Shown here: one piece after another, positions 7,157 through 16,822 of the stretch
How the letters are laid out: every line of letters begins with the position of its first letter
How positions within the stretch are numbered: position 1 is the stretch's first letter
Origin: a virus
Lineage: Duplodnaviria; Caudoviricetes
Direction: 5' to 3' (one strand)
DNA length: 32,108 nucleotides
Virus record (IMG/VR): IMGVR_UViG_3300026302_000089
Location: 1 to 32,108 of that record
Translations under genes and position numbers: made by a program
Notes under the pieces: model-generated
Seen by the model: only the letters and a program-made list of their open reading frames with translations
Told to the model about the DNA's origin: nothing
Database searches by the model: none

Positions 7157-9249
7157 TGGCGCTGTTCAGCGGAAGGGAGATCGCGCGCCAGGCGGCGGCG
7201 CTTCTGCTCGGCCTGGCGACGGCGATCACGCCGCCGCCGGATCAGCAGATCAGCGCCTGGGCCGAGGGCCGCATCAACATCCCGGGTGAGACCGGAACGA
7301 CCAGGGCCGGCGAAATGTCCTGGGATGGGTTCGAACTGCTCATCGAGCCGCTGGACCGGCTGCACCCCGACGATCCGGCGCGCACCGTGACCTTCGTCGG
7401 ATCGGCCCAGATCGCGAAGACGACCATCGGCGTCATCGCCACCCTCTATTATTCGACGGCGCTGTCGCGGCCCTGGTGCGTGGCGCTTCCGACCGGCGAC
7501 GAGGCGCTGAAATACAACCGCACCAAGTGGCAGCCGCTGGTCGACGCCACGCCGGAAATCCGCCGGAAAATCCGGGCCGTCACCTCGCGCGACGAACAGG
7601 GCTCGACCACGACCTACAAGCGGTTCGCCGGCGGCTATGGCCAGTTCGTCGGAACCGAGACCGCCAAGCCGCTGCAGATGGTCACGTTCTGCCTGGTGGT
7701 GAAGGAAGAGACGCCGAACTGGAAGGTCTCGGTCGGCGAGCGCGGCAATCCTCACAAGCAGTTGCTCATGCGCCAGCTGCAGTGGGAACTCGCGGGCGCG
7801 AAGACCTTCCACAACTCGACGCCCGGCAAGATCAGGCGCGACGAGGAGAACGAAGGCAAGCTGACGGGGTGCCCCGTCACGATGGATTTCCTGGCGGGCG
7901 ACCAGCGCCGCGCCTACCTGCCTTGCCCCCACTGCGCCCACTTGCCGGGCGGCGTCCTGCTGCGCCTGGATCGCGAAGCCATGATGGGGCTGGGCGAGGG
8001 GGAGACGCCGCATTTCACCTGCCCAGGGTGCGGCGGCGAGATCGACCACAGCCACAAGGCGGACATGGTCGCCGCCTGTCACCCCTACCGCGATGCGCAC
8101 GGCGTGCGCGGCGGCTGGCTTGCGACCTATCCCTCCGATGACCCGAACAACCCGGCCCCGGGCCCATGGGTTTACGCCGCCGAGTTCGGCGACTGGCGCG
8201 CCCGGCCGCTGGAAGGCCGCCAGCCCAGCTATCACGCCTGGCAGATCATATCGAACGCGGTCGACTGGGCTTACATCGCCAAGGAAATCCGCGACGCCGA
8301 GGACGGCTCCGAAGAAGACAAGATCGCGCTGTATCAGCAGATTTACGGCGAAGCCTATGAAGTCACCATCCAGCAGACGGACATCTCCAAGCTGCTGGAT
8401 CGTCGGGACAGCAGCTTCAAGAAGGGCGTCGTTCCCTCGGGATATGAAATCGTCACCATCGCCGTCGACCTGAACGGCGACTGGGCTCAGTGGACGGCCT
8501 ATGCCTGGGGCGCTGGCGCGGAGCATGTGCCGATCGACAGGGGGCGCATAGACGGCAGCCCTGGCGATCCGAAAATCTGGGCCGAGATCGCCACGCTGGA
8601 GCGGCGGGTCTGGCCTCACGAGGACGGCGGTTTCGTCACGACGGAGGTGACGGGGGTCGATTCCGGTTACGGCACCTATCACGTCTACGCCTATTGCTCG
8701 ACGCACGGCCGTTCGAAGGCGCTGGACGGCGCGGATGGCTGGGGTCGGATGCCGCTGCGCCGCTCTCAGCAGCGGCAGAAGCTGCAGGGCGACGACGGCA
8801 CCATCGTGTCGTGCCGCACCTGGCGGGTCGGGACCTGGGACCTCAAGCGCGCCCTCCTGAACGAGGCGATCCCGATGAGCCTAGAGGGCGACAAGGGCGT
8901 CCGGGCCGAGCGCCGGCCGCACTGGCCCATGTGGGTCGAGAAGGACTTCTTCGAGGAATTGACGGCCGAGGCGCTGGTCACTGTGCAGGACGCGCGGACC
9001 GGCGTGGTGAAGGACGAAGCCTGGGTCCGAATCCGCCGCCGGAACGAGGAGATGGACCTCTGGGTCTATAACCGCGCGCTCGCCGCCTCGATCGGCGTGG
9101 GCGTCCCGGGCGCCGAACCCGACTGGCTGGAACTGGCGCGCCGCCGCGAGGCCGCCCAGGCGGGCCTCGAGGCGATCTGGGATCGCCCGACATCAACGCT
9201 CGCCACGCCGGACCCGGCGAATGGCGGCAAGAACAAGTGGGACTTCTAA
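7156..9249 (+). CDS. terminase large subunit, GpA family
   Basis: ISAWAE, GSAQIAKTT, NSTP, GDQRRAYLPCPHC...CPGCG, TIAVD, VDSGY and RNEEMDLWVY motifs. Confidence 0.93.
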   Translation: MALFSGREIARQAAALLLGLATAITPPPDQQISAWAEGRINIPGETGTTRAGEMSWDGFELLIEPLDRLHPDDPARTVTFVGSAQIAKTTIGVIATLYYSTALSRPWCVALPTGDEALKYNRTKWQPLVDATPEIRRKIRAVTSRDEQGSTTTYKRFAGGYGQFVGTETAKPLQMVTFCLVVKEETPNWKVSVGERGNPHKQLLMRQLQWELAGAKTFHNSTPGKIRRDEENEGKLTGCPVTMDFLAGDQRRAYLPCPHCAHLPGGVLLRLDREAMMGLGEGETPHFTCPGCGGEIDHSHKADMVAACHPYRDAHGVRGGWLATYPSDDPNNPAPGPWVYAAEFGDWRARPLEGRQPSYHAWQIISNAVDWAYIAKEIRDAEDGSEEDKIALYQQIYGEAYEVTIQQTDISKLLDRRDSSFKKGVVPSGYEIVTIAVDLNGDWAQWTAYAWGAGAEHVPIDRGRIDGSPGDPKIWAEIATLERRVWPHEDGGFVTTEVTGVDSGYGTYHVYAYCSTHGRSKALDGADGWGRMPLRRSQQRQKLQGDDGTIVSCRTWRVGTWDLKRALLNEAIPMSLEGDKGVRAERRPHWPMWVEKDFFEELTAEALVTVQDARTGVVKDEAWVRIRRRNEEMDLWVYNRALAASIGVGVPGAEPDWLELARRREAAQAGLEAIWDRPTSTLATPDPANGGKNKWDF

Positions 9250-9479
9250 TGGCGCTGACGGCTGACGAGGCGATTCTGTTGACGAAGTTCAGGGCGGCCT
9301 GGGCCGCGCTGATCAGCGGCGAGATGGTGGCCAAGGTCAGCAGCGCCGGCCGCAATGTCGAATATACGAAGGCCGATATCGGCAAGCTCGAGCAGGCCAT
9401 CGCCGATCTCGAGACGAAGTCCCTCCTGCCCGCCGGCGTCACGACGCGCCGCCGTGGCGCGCTGTCGTTCAGCCTCTAG
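9249..9479 (+). CDS. head completion protein gpW-like
   Basis: GRNVEYTKADIGKLEQAIADLE is a gpW-type signature. TAATG coupling to the terminase stop. Confidence 0.8.
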   Translation: MALTADEAILLTKFRAAWAALISGEMVAKVSSAGRNVEYTKADIGKLEQAIADLETKSLLPAGVTTRRRGALSFSL

Positions 9480-9483
9480 CCTT

Positions 9484-9620
9484 TTCGCGCCCGATCTTCA
9501 CAGCGGCCCGCCCCGGGTTCGGGGCCGCCCTGGCGGACCTGCGAGCCATCGTCAACACCGGCGGGCGCGAGCGGCGAAAGCCGTCCGATGGTCCGGTGAA
9601 GGCCGTCACACCCGGACATT
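9484..9620 (+). ncRNA. candidate structured intergenic RNA with pseudoknot
   Basis: Stems at 9485-9493/9562-9570, 9503-9509/9522-9528, 9572-9583 (GAAA tetraloop), 9546-9551/9586-9591 (crossing) and 9591-9596/9612-9617. Confidence 0.35.
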
Positions 9621-9640
9621 TTCATCCACGGAGAACCCTC

Positions 9641-10108
9641 ATGCCCCGTCAGTCCAAGCCCGCCTCCGCGCCGCCCCCCGCCGACACGGCGTCGTCCGAC
9701 GCCGTCCTTCCGTTGACGGATGTTCCGGCGGTCGCCGCGCTGATCTCCCTGTTCCAGGCGCTCGTCGCCGTCGCCCGCTTTCCCAGCTCGCCCATGCCGA
9801 TGGCGCTGATCGACCAACTGACGTCGGCGCAGGAGGGTTTCGTCGCCGCCCTGTCCGAACCCTTCCTGACGCCGCTGTCCGGGTCGGTCGACGGCCTTGA
9901 CGTCCAGGCCGACGCCTATGACGACAAATGGATTCGCGACGCCTTCTCCGACCTGCAGATCTCGTTGAAGGAGCGGTTCGGCGGCCTGGACGCATCGCTC
10001 TCCGCCGCCGTTGGCCAGATCAACGAGCGTCTGACCAGATTCGACGGCCTCGCCGATCGGGTCGCGGCGATCGAAGCCGTCGCCGGCCCGGCCGACAAGA
10101 AGGCCTAA
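9641..10108 (+). CDS. hypothetical protein between gpW and portal
   Basis: GGAG RBS at 9630-9633, phage-like codon usage, helical/coiled C-terminus. Confidence 0.7.
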   Translation: MPRQSKPASAPPPADTASSDAVLPLTDVPAVAALISLFQALVAVARFPSSPMPMALIDQLTSAQEGFVAALSEPFLTPLSGSVDGLDVQADAYDDKWIRDAFSDLQISLKERFGGLDASLSAAVGQINERLTRFDGLADRVAAIEAVAGPADKKA

Positions 10109-10117
10109 GCCCTCGCG

Positions 10118-11779
10118 ATGCGTGCGCCCCTCGCCCCCACCGGATTGGTCGCCCCTGACGGACGCTCGATCTCGCGCTTCGAGGTCGCCCGGGCGCGCGC
10201 CAGCGCCTCCGTCGCGACCACGGCGCCGGCGCTGTCCGGGGGCTTCCCGCTGGCCTACGAGGGCGCGGGCTCGGGCGGCACCTATTTTTCGGAATGGCCC
10301 GCCGCGCTCCGGTCGGCCGACCGCGACGTTCTGCCGGTGCGCGGGGCGCTCACAGCCCGCATCCGCGAGCGCATCCGCAACGATCCGGTCGCCGCCTCCT
10401 CGGTGTCGCGGCGCGTCAACGCCGTCGGCGGCAAGGGTTGGCAGATCAAGTTCCGGCCGAACGCCCGGGCCCTGGGCATCAGCCTCGACGCGGCGCGCCA
10501 GCTGGGCGCCGACCTGACGACCGAATTCAAACTCTACGCCTATGGCCACGCCTTCCAGTCGGACGCCGAACGCAAGCTGTCGTTCGGACAGCAGCTTCGT
10601 CTGGCGATCCGTCACCTGGCGGGGGCCGACGGCGAGGCGCTGGGCCTGGCGGAATGGGCGGACGACGAACAGACCCGCTATCGCACCCGTCTGCGGCTGG
10701 TCGACCCGGACCGCCTCTGCAATCCAAACGGGCGGCCGGATCGGGACCAACTGCGCGGCGGCGTCGAGACCAACACGGCCGGCGTTCCGGTTCGTTACTG
10801 GATACGCGAGCGCCATCCGACCGATTTCGCGGGTCCGGGACAGTTCAACTGGACAGGCTTCGAGCGATGGACCGAGTGGGGCCGTCCGCAGGTTTTCCAC
10901 GTCTTCGAGCCGCAACGGGCGGGTCAGACCCGTGGCGTCAGCCGCTTCGCCTCGGTGCTGAAGAGTTTCCGGGCCCTGTCGAAATTTACGGACGCCACGT
11001 TGGAAAGCGCCACGATCAACGCCCTGATCGTCGCCTTCATGAAGTCGAACGCAGGACCCGAGGCCGTCAGCGAAAGCTTCGAGGCCGGAGAGATGAAGAA
11101 GCTCGAGGCCTGGCGTCAGGACCACTACGAGAAAAACCCGATCAGCCTGGCGAACGGCGCGCGGGTTCCGGTCCTGCCCTATGGCGACGAACTGAAGCTG
11201 CAGACCGCCGCCAAGGACGTCGGCAGTTTCGACGCCTTCACCCGCTCGATCCTTCGTCTGATCTCGGCCGCCCTGGACCAGACCTATGAAGAGCTGACGA
11301 TGGACTTCTCCCAGGTCAACTACTCCTCGGCGCGCGCCGCCATGGTCCATGCCTGGTCGGACACCCAGGCCACGATGGGGTTGCTGGAGGACCAACTGGT
11401 CCGCCCGTTCGCGGTGGCGTTCGCCGAAGAGGCCTTCGATCGGGGGTATGTTCAGATCCCGGACGGCGCGCCCGATTTCTACGACGCGATCGACGCCTAT
11501 TGCCAAATCCACTGCATCGGCCCGGGCCGGGGCTATATCGACCCCACCAAGGAGATCGACGCCGCCGCCGCCCGCGTCGAGGCCGGTCAATCGACCCTGG
11601 AAGACGAGTGCAACGACCAGGGCCGGGACTGGGAAGAGGTCATGGAGCAGCGCGCCCGCGAGCTGGCCAAGGCCGAAGAGCTGGGACTGACCGCGCATGG
11701 CGGCGACGCCCTGATCCGCGTCGCGGACCGCGCCCGCGATCCCGCCCATGACGCCGCGCTGGACGCCCGCGCGGCCTGA
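10118..11779 (+). CDS. portal protein, lambda family
   Basis: RLVDPDRLCNP, GGVE, HVFEPQRAGQTRGVS, LTMDFSQVNYSSARAA and YIDPTKEIDA motifs. Confidence 0.95.
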   Translation: MRAPLAPTGLVAPDGRSISRFEVARARASASVATTAPALSGGFPLAYEGAGSGGTYFSEWPAALRSADRDVLPVRGALTARIRERIRNDPVAASSVSRRVNAVGGKGWQIKFRPNARALGISLDAARQLGADLTTEFKLYAYGHAFQSDAERKLSFGQQLRLAIRHLAGADGEALGLAEWADDEQTRYRTRLRLVDPDRLCNPNGRPDRDQLRGGVETNTAGVPVRYWIRERHPTDFAGPGQFNWTGFERWTEWGRPQVFHVFEPQRAGQTRGVSRFASVLKSFRALSKFTDATLESATINALIVAFMKSNAGPEAVSESFEAGEMKKLEAWRQDHYEKNPISLANGARVPVLPYGDELKLQTAAKDVGSFDAFTRSILRLISAALDQTYEELTMDFSQVNYSSARAAMVHAWSDTQATMGLLEDQLVRPFAVAFAEEAFDRGYVQIPDGAPDFYDAIDAYCQIHCIGPGRGYIDPTKEIDAAAARVEAGQSTLEDECNDQGRDWEEVMEQRARELAKAEELGLTAHGGDALIRVADRARDPAHDAALDARAA

Positions 11780-11791
11780 TCCGAGGACCCC

Positions 11792-13360
11792 ATGACCGAC
11801 ATCGCCCTTCTGGCGGCCCGTTATGCGAGCCGCCCGCTCCTGATGACGCCCTCAGCGGCCGAGCAGTTGGCGCACAGGATTCGCGGCCTGGACGCCCGGG
11901 CCTTCGAACGGCCCTCCCGCATCGGCGCCATCCTGCGGCGGGTCGGCCTGGCCAACGGCGGAAAGGCCGACGTCGGCCTGGACAGGCGCACGCCGTTCGC
12001 GATGGAGGACGACGACGGTGTCGACGCCGTCCCGCTCGAGGAGAGGCTGGCCTATTCGCCCCGCTGGCTGGGCGACGTCGAGGACACCGGGTTCTGCTGG
12101 TCTCTGAAGGACGGGATCGCGCTGATCTGCTGCGACACCGTCCTGGTCGAGCGCGGCGCCGAGTTCTGCGGCGAAGTCTGGCACGGCTACGACACCCTGC
12201 TGCTGGCGCTGCGCGAGGCGATGGCGGACGCTCGCGTCAAGGGCGTCTTCCTGGTGTTGGACACGCCCGGCGGCGTCGCCGGCAGCGGCCTGCCCGAACT
12301 GGCGGCCTATATGCGCGGCGCCCGAGAGGCGGCCGGCGGCAAACCGATCTGGGTCTACGCCCGCATGGCCTGCTCTGCCGGCTACTGGATACTGGCCTCG
12401 GGCGATCACGCCCTGGCGGGTCAGTTCGCCATCGTCGGATCGTGCGGCGCGGTCGTCGGACACGAGAACCACGCCGGCGCCCTGGACAAGGCCGGCGTCG
12501 AAATCACGACGATCGAGTTCCCGGAAGGCGCGCTGAAGACCGAAGGCGCGCGCTGGAAGGCGCTCAGCGAGGCCGGCCGCGCCGCCTGGCAGTCCGACAT
12601 CAACGAGTTGGGGCAGACCTTCTTCGCCGACCTTCAGGCCGGCCGTCCCCAGTTGACGCAGGACAAGCTGCTGGCCCTGCGCGCCGACGCCTTCATGGCG
12701 CAGCACGCCGACCCGGAACGGTCGGGCCTGGCCCTGGGCCTGGTCGACGGCATCGCGACCGAGGAGGAGGCCTTCCGCCAGCTGGTCGCCCACGTTTCCG
12801 CCCCTGCGGATCAGACCGAACCCGCCGCCGCGTCAGGGGCGCGTGCGGCATCCCCAGCAAAGGAGGCCGTCATGGCCCAGCCCATCCGCAAGCCCGCTGC
12901 GGCCGCCCAGGTCGCCCAGGCTGAGAAGGCCCTCGCCGTCGCCAAGGCCAATCTGGCCAAGGCCAGGGCGACCGCACAGGCCGCCGTCGCCGACGAGGAC
13001 GACGACGACGTGAACGACAAGGCGCCCGCCACCGAGGCCGACGACGAGGAAGACAAGGAATCGGACGAGGACGACGAGGACGACGAGGCTAAGGAGAAGC
13101 CCTCCTCGGCCGTCGCCATCGCCACCTCGCCCGAGGCGAAGGCCCACCCCGGCCTGGCGAACGCCGCCATCGCCTCGGGTCAATCGCTGGCCCAGTTCAA
13201 GGCGACGGTCGCCGCGCTGGGCGGAACCCAGTCGCGCGGCCGCCTCGACGCCGCCATGGCCGGGTCGCGGCGCCTGAGCCCTGACGCCGCCAAGGTCCAG
13301 ACGGGCGCCAGCGGCGCGATCCGGGCGCGGATCGAACGGAACAAGGCCTCAAGGGGCTGA
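11792..13360 (+). CDS. S49 family prohead protease with C-terminal scaffold domain (lambda gpC-like)
   Basis: LDTPGG, ACSAGYWILAS and VGSCG motifs, followed by an Ala-rich, acidic C-terminus. Confidence 0.92.
   Translation: MTDIALLAARYASRPLLMTPSAAEQLAHRIRGLDARAFERPSRIGAILRRVGLANGGKADVGLDRRTPFAMEDDDGVDAVPLEERLAYSPRWLGDVEDTGFCWSLKDGIALICCDTVLVERGAEFCGEVWHGYDTLLLALREAMADARVKGVFLVLDTPGGVAGSGLPELAAYMRGAREAAGGKPIWVYARMACSAGYWILASGDHALAGQFAIVGSCGAVVGHENHAGALDKAGVEITTIEFPEGALKTEGARWKALSEAGRAAWQSDINELGQTFFADLQAGRPQLTQDKLLALRADAFMAQHADPERSGLALGLVDGIATEEEAFRQLVAHVSAPADQTEPAAASGARAASPAKEAVMAQPIRKPAAAAQVAQAEKALAVAKANLAKARATAQAAVADEDDDDVNDKAPATEADDEEDKESDEDDEDDEAKEKPSSAVAIATSPEAKAHPGLANAAIASGQSLAQFKATVAALGGTQSRGRLDAAMAGSRRLSPDAAKVQTGASGAIRARIERNKASRG
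12872..13360 (+). CDS. probable internally initiated scaffolding protein (Nu3-like)
   Basis: In-frame ATG preceded by AGGAGGCCGTC, the same string found before the decoration gene start at 13434. Confidence 0.7.
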   Translation: MAQPIRKPAAAAQVAQAEKALAVAKANLAKARATAQAAVADEDDDDVNDKAPATEADDEEDKESDEDDEDDEAKEKPSSAVAIATSPEAKAHPGLANAAIASGQSLAQFKATVAALGGTQSRGRLDAAMAGSRRLSPDAAKVQTGASGAIRARIERNKASRG

Positions 13361-13433
13361 CGCCGCCGTCATCCAGCCGGCCGGAGCTGGGCGCGATCCG
13401 GTCTTTTCCAGACCCCTGACATAGGAGGCCGTC

Positions 13434-14123
13434 ATGAAGGCCTATTCTTTCGAGACCGGGCTGCCCGGCCTCAGCGACTTCATCCATTCGGAGTACGATC
13501 CGACCTATACGACCGACAAACGCCTGCTGCTCGCCGGCGCGGGCGGCGCGGTTCGCGCCATCGCCGCCTTCGCCCTGGTGGCCAGCGTGCCGACCGGCGC
13601 GGCGACCCTTACCCCGGGCGCCGTCGTCGGCACGGGCAACGGGGCGATTTCGGCCCTGTCGGCCGACGCCGGAGCCCAGGCCGGCGTCTACCAGGTGATC
13701 TTCATCGCATCGGCCGCAAACGCCGGGACCTTTCAGGTCATCCGTCCGGATGGAACGATCGACGGCACGGGCAATGTCGGCGTCGCCTACAACGGCATGA
13801 TCAACTTCACCCAGGCGGACGGCGGGACGGACTTCGTCGCCGGCGACCGGCGCGAGATCGCCGTCGCCTATCCGCCCGGGACGACGAAGGACGTGCCGTG
13901 GTCGCCGACCGGCGCCGACGGCAGCCAGATCATCAGCGGGGCCAATCTGTTCGCGGCGGAGGCCCCGGTCGGTCAGGACGTGGAGATCACGGTCCTGGCG
14001 CGCGGCCCGGTCGTGGTCCGCCGCGAAGCCATCGCCTGGCCCGCCGGCGTGACCGAGGCCCAGAAGACCGCCGCCTACGCGCGGCTCGCGGAACTGGGCA
14101 TCCAGTGCCGCGTGTCCGGCTGA
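13434..14123 (+). CDS. head decoration protein (gpD-like, with an inserted beta domain)
   Basis: Lies between protease and capsid. TGADGSQ...LARGPVVVRREAIAWP...LAELGI motifs and a strong RBS. Confidence 0.8.
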   Translation: MKAYSFETGLPGLSDFIHSEYDPTYTTDKRLLLAGAGGAVRAIAAFALVASVPTGAATLTPGAVVGTGNGAISALSADAGAQAGVYQVIFIASAANAGTFQVIRPDGTIDGTGNVGVAYNGMINFTQADGGTDFVAGDRREIAVAYPPGTTKDVPWSPTGADGSQIISGANLFAAEAPVGQDVEITVLARGPVVVRREAIAWPAGVTEAQKTAAYARLAELGIQCRVSG

Positions 14124-14194
14124 CGGACAACGCCTGACGGCCGCTCTCGGGGGGCCTTCTTTCTTCACACCGCCTTGAAAAGGAGGGCTCCCAG

Positions 14195-15271
14195 ATGGAC
14201 CCCGAAGACCTGCCCAGCAACGCCGCCTTGCTGCCTTTCACCGCCGCCGAACACAGCGGTCTCATCAGCTCCATTCCCGACACCTTCGGTCAGCTGAACG
14301 CCGAACCGGACCTGTTCGTCGAGGACGGCCTGGATACGCCTTACGTCCGGATCGACATCGAGGACGGCGTGATCACCGCCCTGCCGGTCACGGACGGCGG
14401 TCGGCCCTCGACCATCGCCAAACATGGCCAGGGCCGGGGCGTCATCTTCGAAATTCCGAACGTCAGCCACGAGGACTCGGTTCTGGCGGCGGACCTGCGG
14501 AAGTGGAACGCCTACGCCCGCCGCACGCGGACGCCTGAAGAGGCGCTGCTGAACAAGGTCGAGCTGCGCCACAAACGCAATCGCCTGAAGTTCGACATCA
14601 CCCGCGAGGTGATGAAGATGTCGGCCCTGAAGGGCCAGATCCGCGATGGCGCCAACACCCTTCTCTACGACCTCTACAAGCTGTTCGACGTCGAGAAGCG
14701 GGTCGTCTATCTCGACCTGGCGGACCCGGCGTTCAGCGTCCCGGAGGCCTTCGAGCAACTGATCTCCGGCACCGAGGACAACCTGGTCAACGACACGATG
14801 ACGGGCCTGGAGGTGCGGATCGCGCCGGAGTTCTACACCAAGATCATCCGGCATCCGTCGCTGGAGAGGTTCTTCGCGAACACGCCGGCGATGCTGCAGC
14901 TGCTGAACATCCAGCGCGAGAAGTCGGCGAACAGCTTCCGCCGCGTGATCGAGATCAACGGCGTGGTGGTCCGCGAGTATCGCGCCAAGGTGAAGCTGTG
15001 GGGCGCGCAGGGCACCACGCGCCTGCTGAATGCGACGGAGGGGGTGTCCTATCCGACGGGGACGCTGGAATCGCACGTCACCTATGTCGCCCCGCCGCTG
15101 GACATCCGCGAGCTGGACGAAAGCGCGGCCGGCACCGACGACCTCATCCACATGACGGAGGAGGTGATGAAGCACGGCGCGGGTCTGGAATGGAAATACC
15201 AGATGAACGCCCTGCCGATCTGGCAGAAGCCCGCCCTGCTGACCCAGCTGGTCGACGGCGAACAGCCCTGA
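14195..15271 (+). CDS. major capsid protein (gpE family)
   Basis: FTAAEHSGLI, ITREVMKMSALKG, LYDLYKLF and QMNALP motifs; AGGAGG RBS; synteny. Confidence 0.9.
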   Translation: MDPEDLPSNAALLPFTAAEHSGLISSIPDTFGQLNAEPDLFVEDGLDTPYVRIDIEDGVITALPVTDGGRPSTIAKHGQGRGVIFEIPNVSHEDSVLAADLRKWNAYARRTRTPEEALLNKVELRHKRNRLKFDITREVMKMSALKGQIRDGANTLLYDLYKLFDVEKRVVYLDLADPAFSVPEAFEQLISGTEDNLVNDTMTGLEVRIAPEFYTKIIRHPSLERFFANTPAMLQLLNIQREKSANSFRRVIEINGVVVREYRAKVKLWGAQGTTRLLNATEGVSYPTGTLESHVTYVAPPLDIRELDESAAGTDDLIHMTEEVMKHGAGLEWKYQMNALPIWQKPALLTQLVDGEQP

Positions 15272-15296
15272 TCGACCGATCGGCCGGGAGGTCCCC

Positions 15297-15632
15297 ATGC
15301 GAAACTTCGGCGACCTCCTGGCCGGCCTCGATCGCGCGACCGAGGACCATCTGTGCGACGACGCGCTCTACCTGGTGGACGGCGCGCCGCCGGTTCCGGT
15401 GCGGGTCCAGCTGGAGCATCCCGTCCGGGTCGACGCCTTGCAGTCGATGAGCTTCACCCGGTCACGGCCGACGATGCGCGTCGCCCGCGCCGCCGCGCCC
15501 GCCGTTCGCGAGGACGACCGCTTCCAGATAGTTCTGGCGGGGGACGTTCCGGGCGACGTCTGGCAGGTCGCCGAAGCGCCCACGGCCGAAGGCGACGGGC
15601 GCTGGTGGGTGTTCGAGGTCATGCCCGGGTGA
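15297..15632 (+). CDS. head-tail joining protein (FII-like)
   Basis: 111-aa beta-rich protein directly after the capsid gene; GGGAGG RBS. Confidence 0.65.
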   Translation: MRNFGDLLAGLDRATEDHLCDDALYLVDGAPPVPVRVQLEHPVRVDALQSMSFTRSRPTMRVARAAAPAVREDDRFQIVLAGDVPGDVWQVAEAPTAEGDGRWWVFEVMPG

Positions 15633-16351
15633 CGACGCTCACGCAGTTGAAGGCCGCCCTGCTGGGCGACTTCGACAAGGAAACCGACGTCGCCCTGCAC
15701 CGGGTCGAAGGCGCCCTTCAGTCCGCCCTGTTCGACTACGCCGGCGATACCCAGGCGAAGTGGCGTCAGGACGTCGCCCAGTCCGGCCTTCGCAATGCGG
15801 GCCGGCTGACGAAGACGATCCGGCTGCGAAAATATGTGAACAAGGGTCTCAACCCCGCCGCCCAGGTCTATTCGACCTTTCCGATCCTTCAGCGCGCGTT
15901 CGAACAGGCGACCACGGTGCGGTCTCCGAACGGGCACTTCCTGCTGATCCCGAACCCCGAGGTCTGGCCCGGCGGTCGCGTGCCTCGGCCGGGGGGGCGC
16001 AGCGGACTGCGCAACAACACCCTGGCCATAGCCGAGGCGCGGTTCGGCAAGCTTCGGCTGGTCTATCGCCAGGGCCGTCCATCGTTGCTGGTCGCGGAAG
16101 CCCGCGCCAGCAACACCCGTGTCGGCGCATTCAGAAAGGCCAGCGCGACGGCCCTGAGGACAGGCCGTGGCCTGACCACCATCGTCGTCTTCTTCCTGGT
16201 CAAGGAGGCGCGGCTGCCCCGCATGCTGCGCGGCGCCGTCATCCGCGAGCGCGCCCAGCGCAACGCTTCCGCCGCCATAGACCGGCTGTTCGTCCGATAT
16301 TTCGAACAGCCGGGCGGCCCGATCCTGCTGACAGGACCTCGCGATGATTGA
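15629..16351 (+). CDS. basic neck/tail completion protein
   Basis: GTGA overlap with the upstream stop; Arg/Lys-rich; synteny. Confidence 0.65.
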   Translation: MTTLTQLKAALLGDFDKETDVALHRVEGALQSALFDYAGDTQAKWRQDVAQSGLRNAGRLTKTIRLRKYVNKGLNPAAQVYSTFPILQRAFEQATTVRSPNGHFLLIPNPEVWPGGRVPRPGGRSGLRNNTLAIAEARFGKLRLVYRQGRPSLLVAEARASNTRVGAFRKASATALRTGRGLTTIVVFFLVKEARLPRMLRGAVIRERAQRNASAAIDRLFVRYFEQPGGPILLTGPRDD

Positions 16352-16808
16352 ACCCGCCTATCAGGCCCTGGCCTCCAGCCTTCGCACGGCGTTGCTGGCG
16401 ACCGACTTCATCGACAGCCCGGACGACCTGAAGGTCGATCCTTCCGCGACCTTTTCCCCGTCCGGCGACGAAAGGGTTCTGGTTACGGCCGCCGCCCTGA
16501 TGAAGGTCCGGACGGCGTCCGTCCGCCAGCTTCTGGGCGGGCCTCGGCCCCGCCATGTCGTCGAACGGCTTTGTCAGCTGGAGCTGGCGGCCGCCGGGCC
16601 CGACCGTCTTCGCCGGGCGTTCCGCATCGACGACGTGCTGGAAGCGCTGTCGGCCATCCCCAACGCGGACCCGACCCTGGGCGGCGCCGCCGAACGGCTG
16701 GTCCTGGGTGAACAGACCGATGACGACCTGCCGCCGAACGGCGTCAGTTTCCTTGTGACCTTCACCATCCGCGTGCGCTCCAGCGACGCGCTGGGCCGCA
16801 CCCCCTGA
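16344..16808 (+). CDS. probable tail terminator protein
   Basis: 154 aa with DPTLGGAAE motif; positioned before the tail tube gene. Confidence 0.6.
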   Translation: MIEPAYQALASSLRTALLATDFIDSPDDLKVDPSATFSPSGDERVLVTAAALMKVRTASVRQLLGGPRPRHVVERLCQLELAAAGPDRLRRAFRIDDVLEALSAIPNADPTLGGAAERLVLGEQTDDDLPPNGVSFLVTFTIRVRSSDALGRTP

Positions 16809-16822
16809 CCCCGGAGACCGCC

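Noticed and set aside
9484..9592. HDV-like or hammerhead ribozyme call
   Set aside because: The pseudoknot order is similar to HDV, but no P3/L3/P1.1 or J4/2 catalytic strand is visible and there is no CUGANGA core. Kept only as an unclassified structured element.
14139..14166. Terminator between decoration and capsid genes
   Set aside because: The stem is short and mismatched despite a pyrimidine tail; too weak to call.
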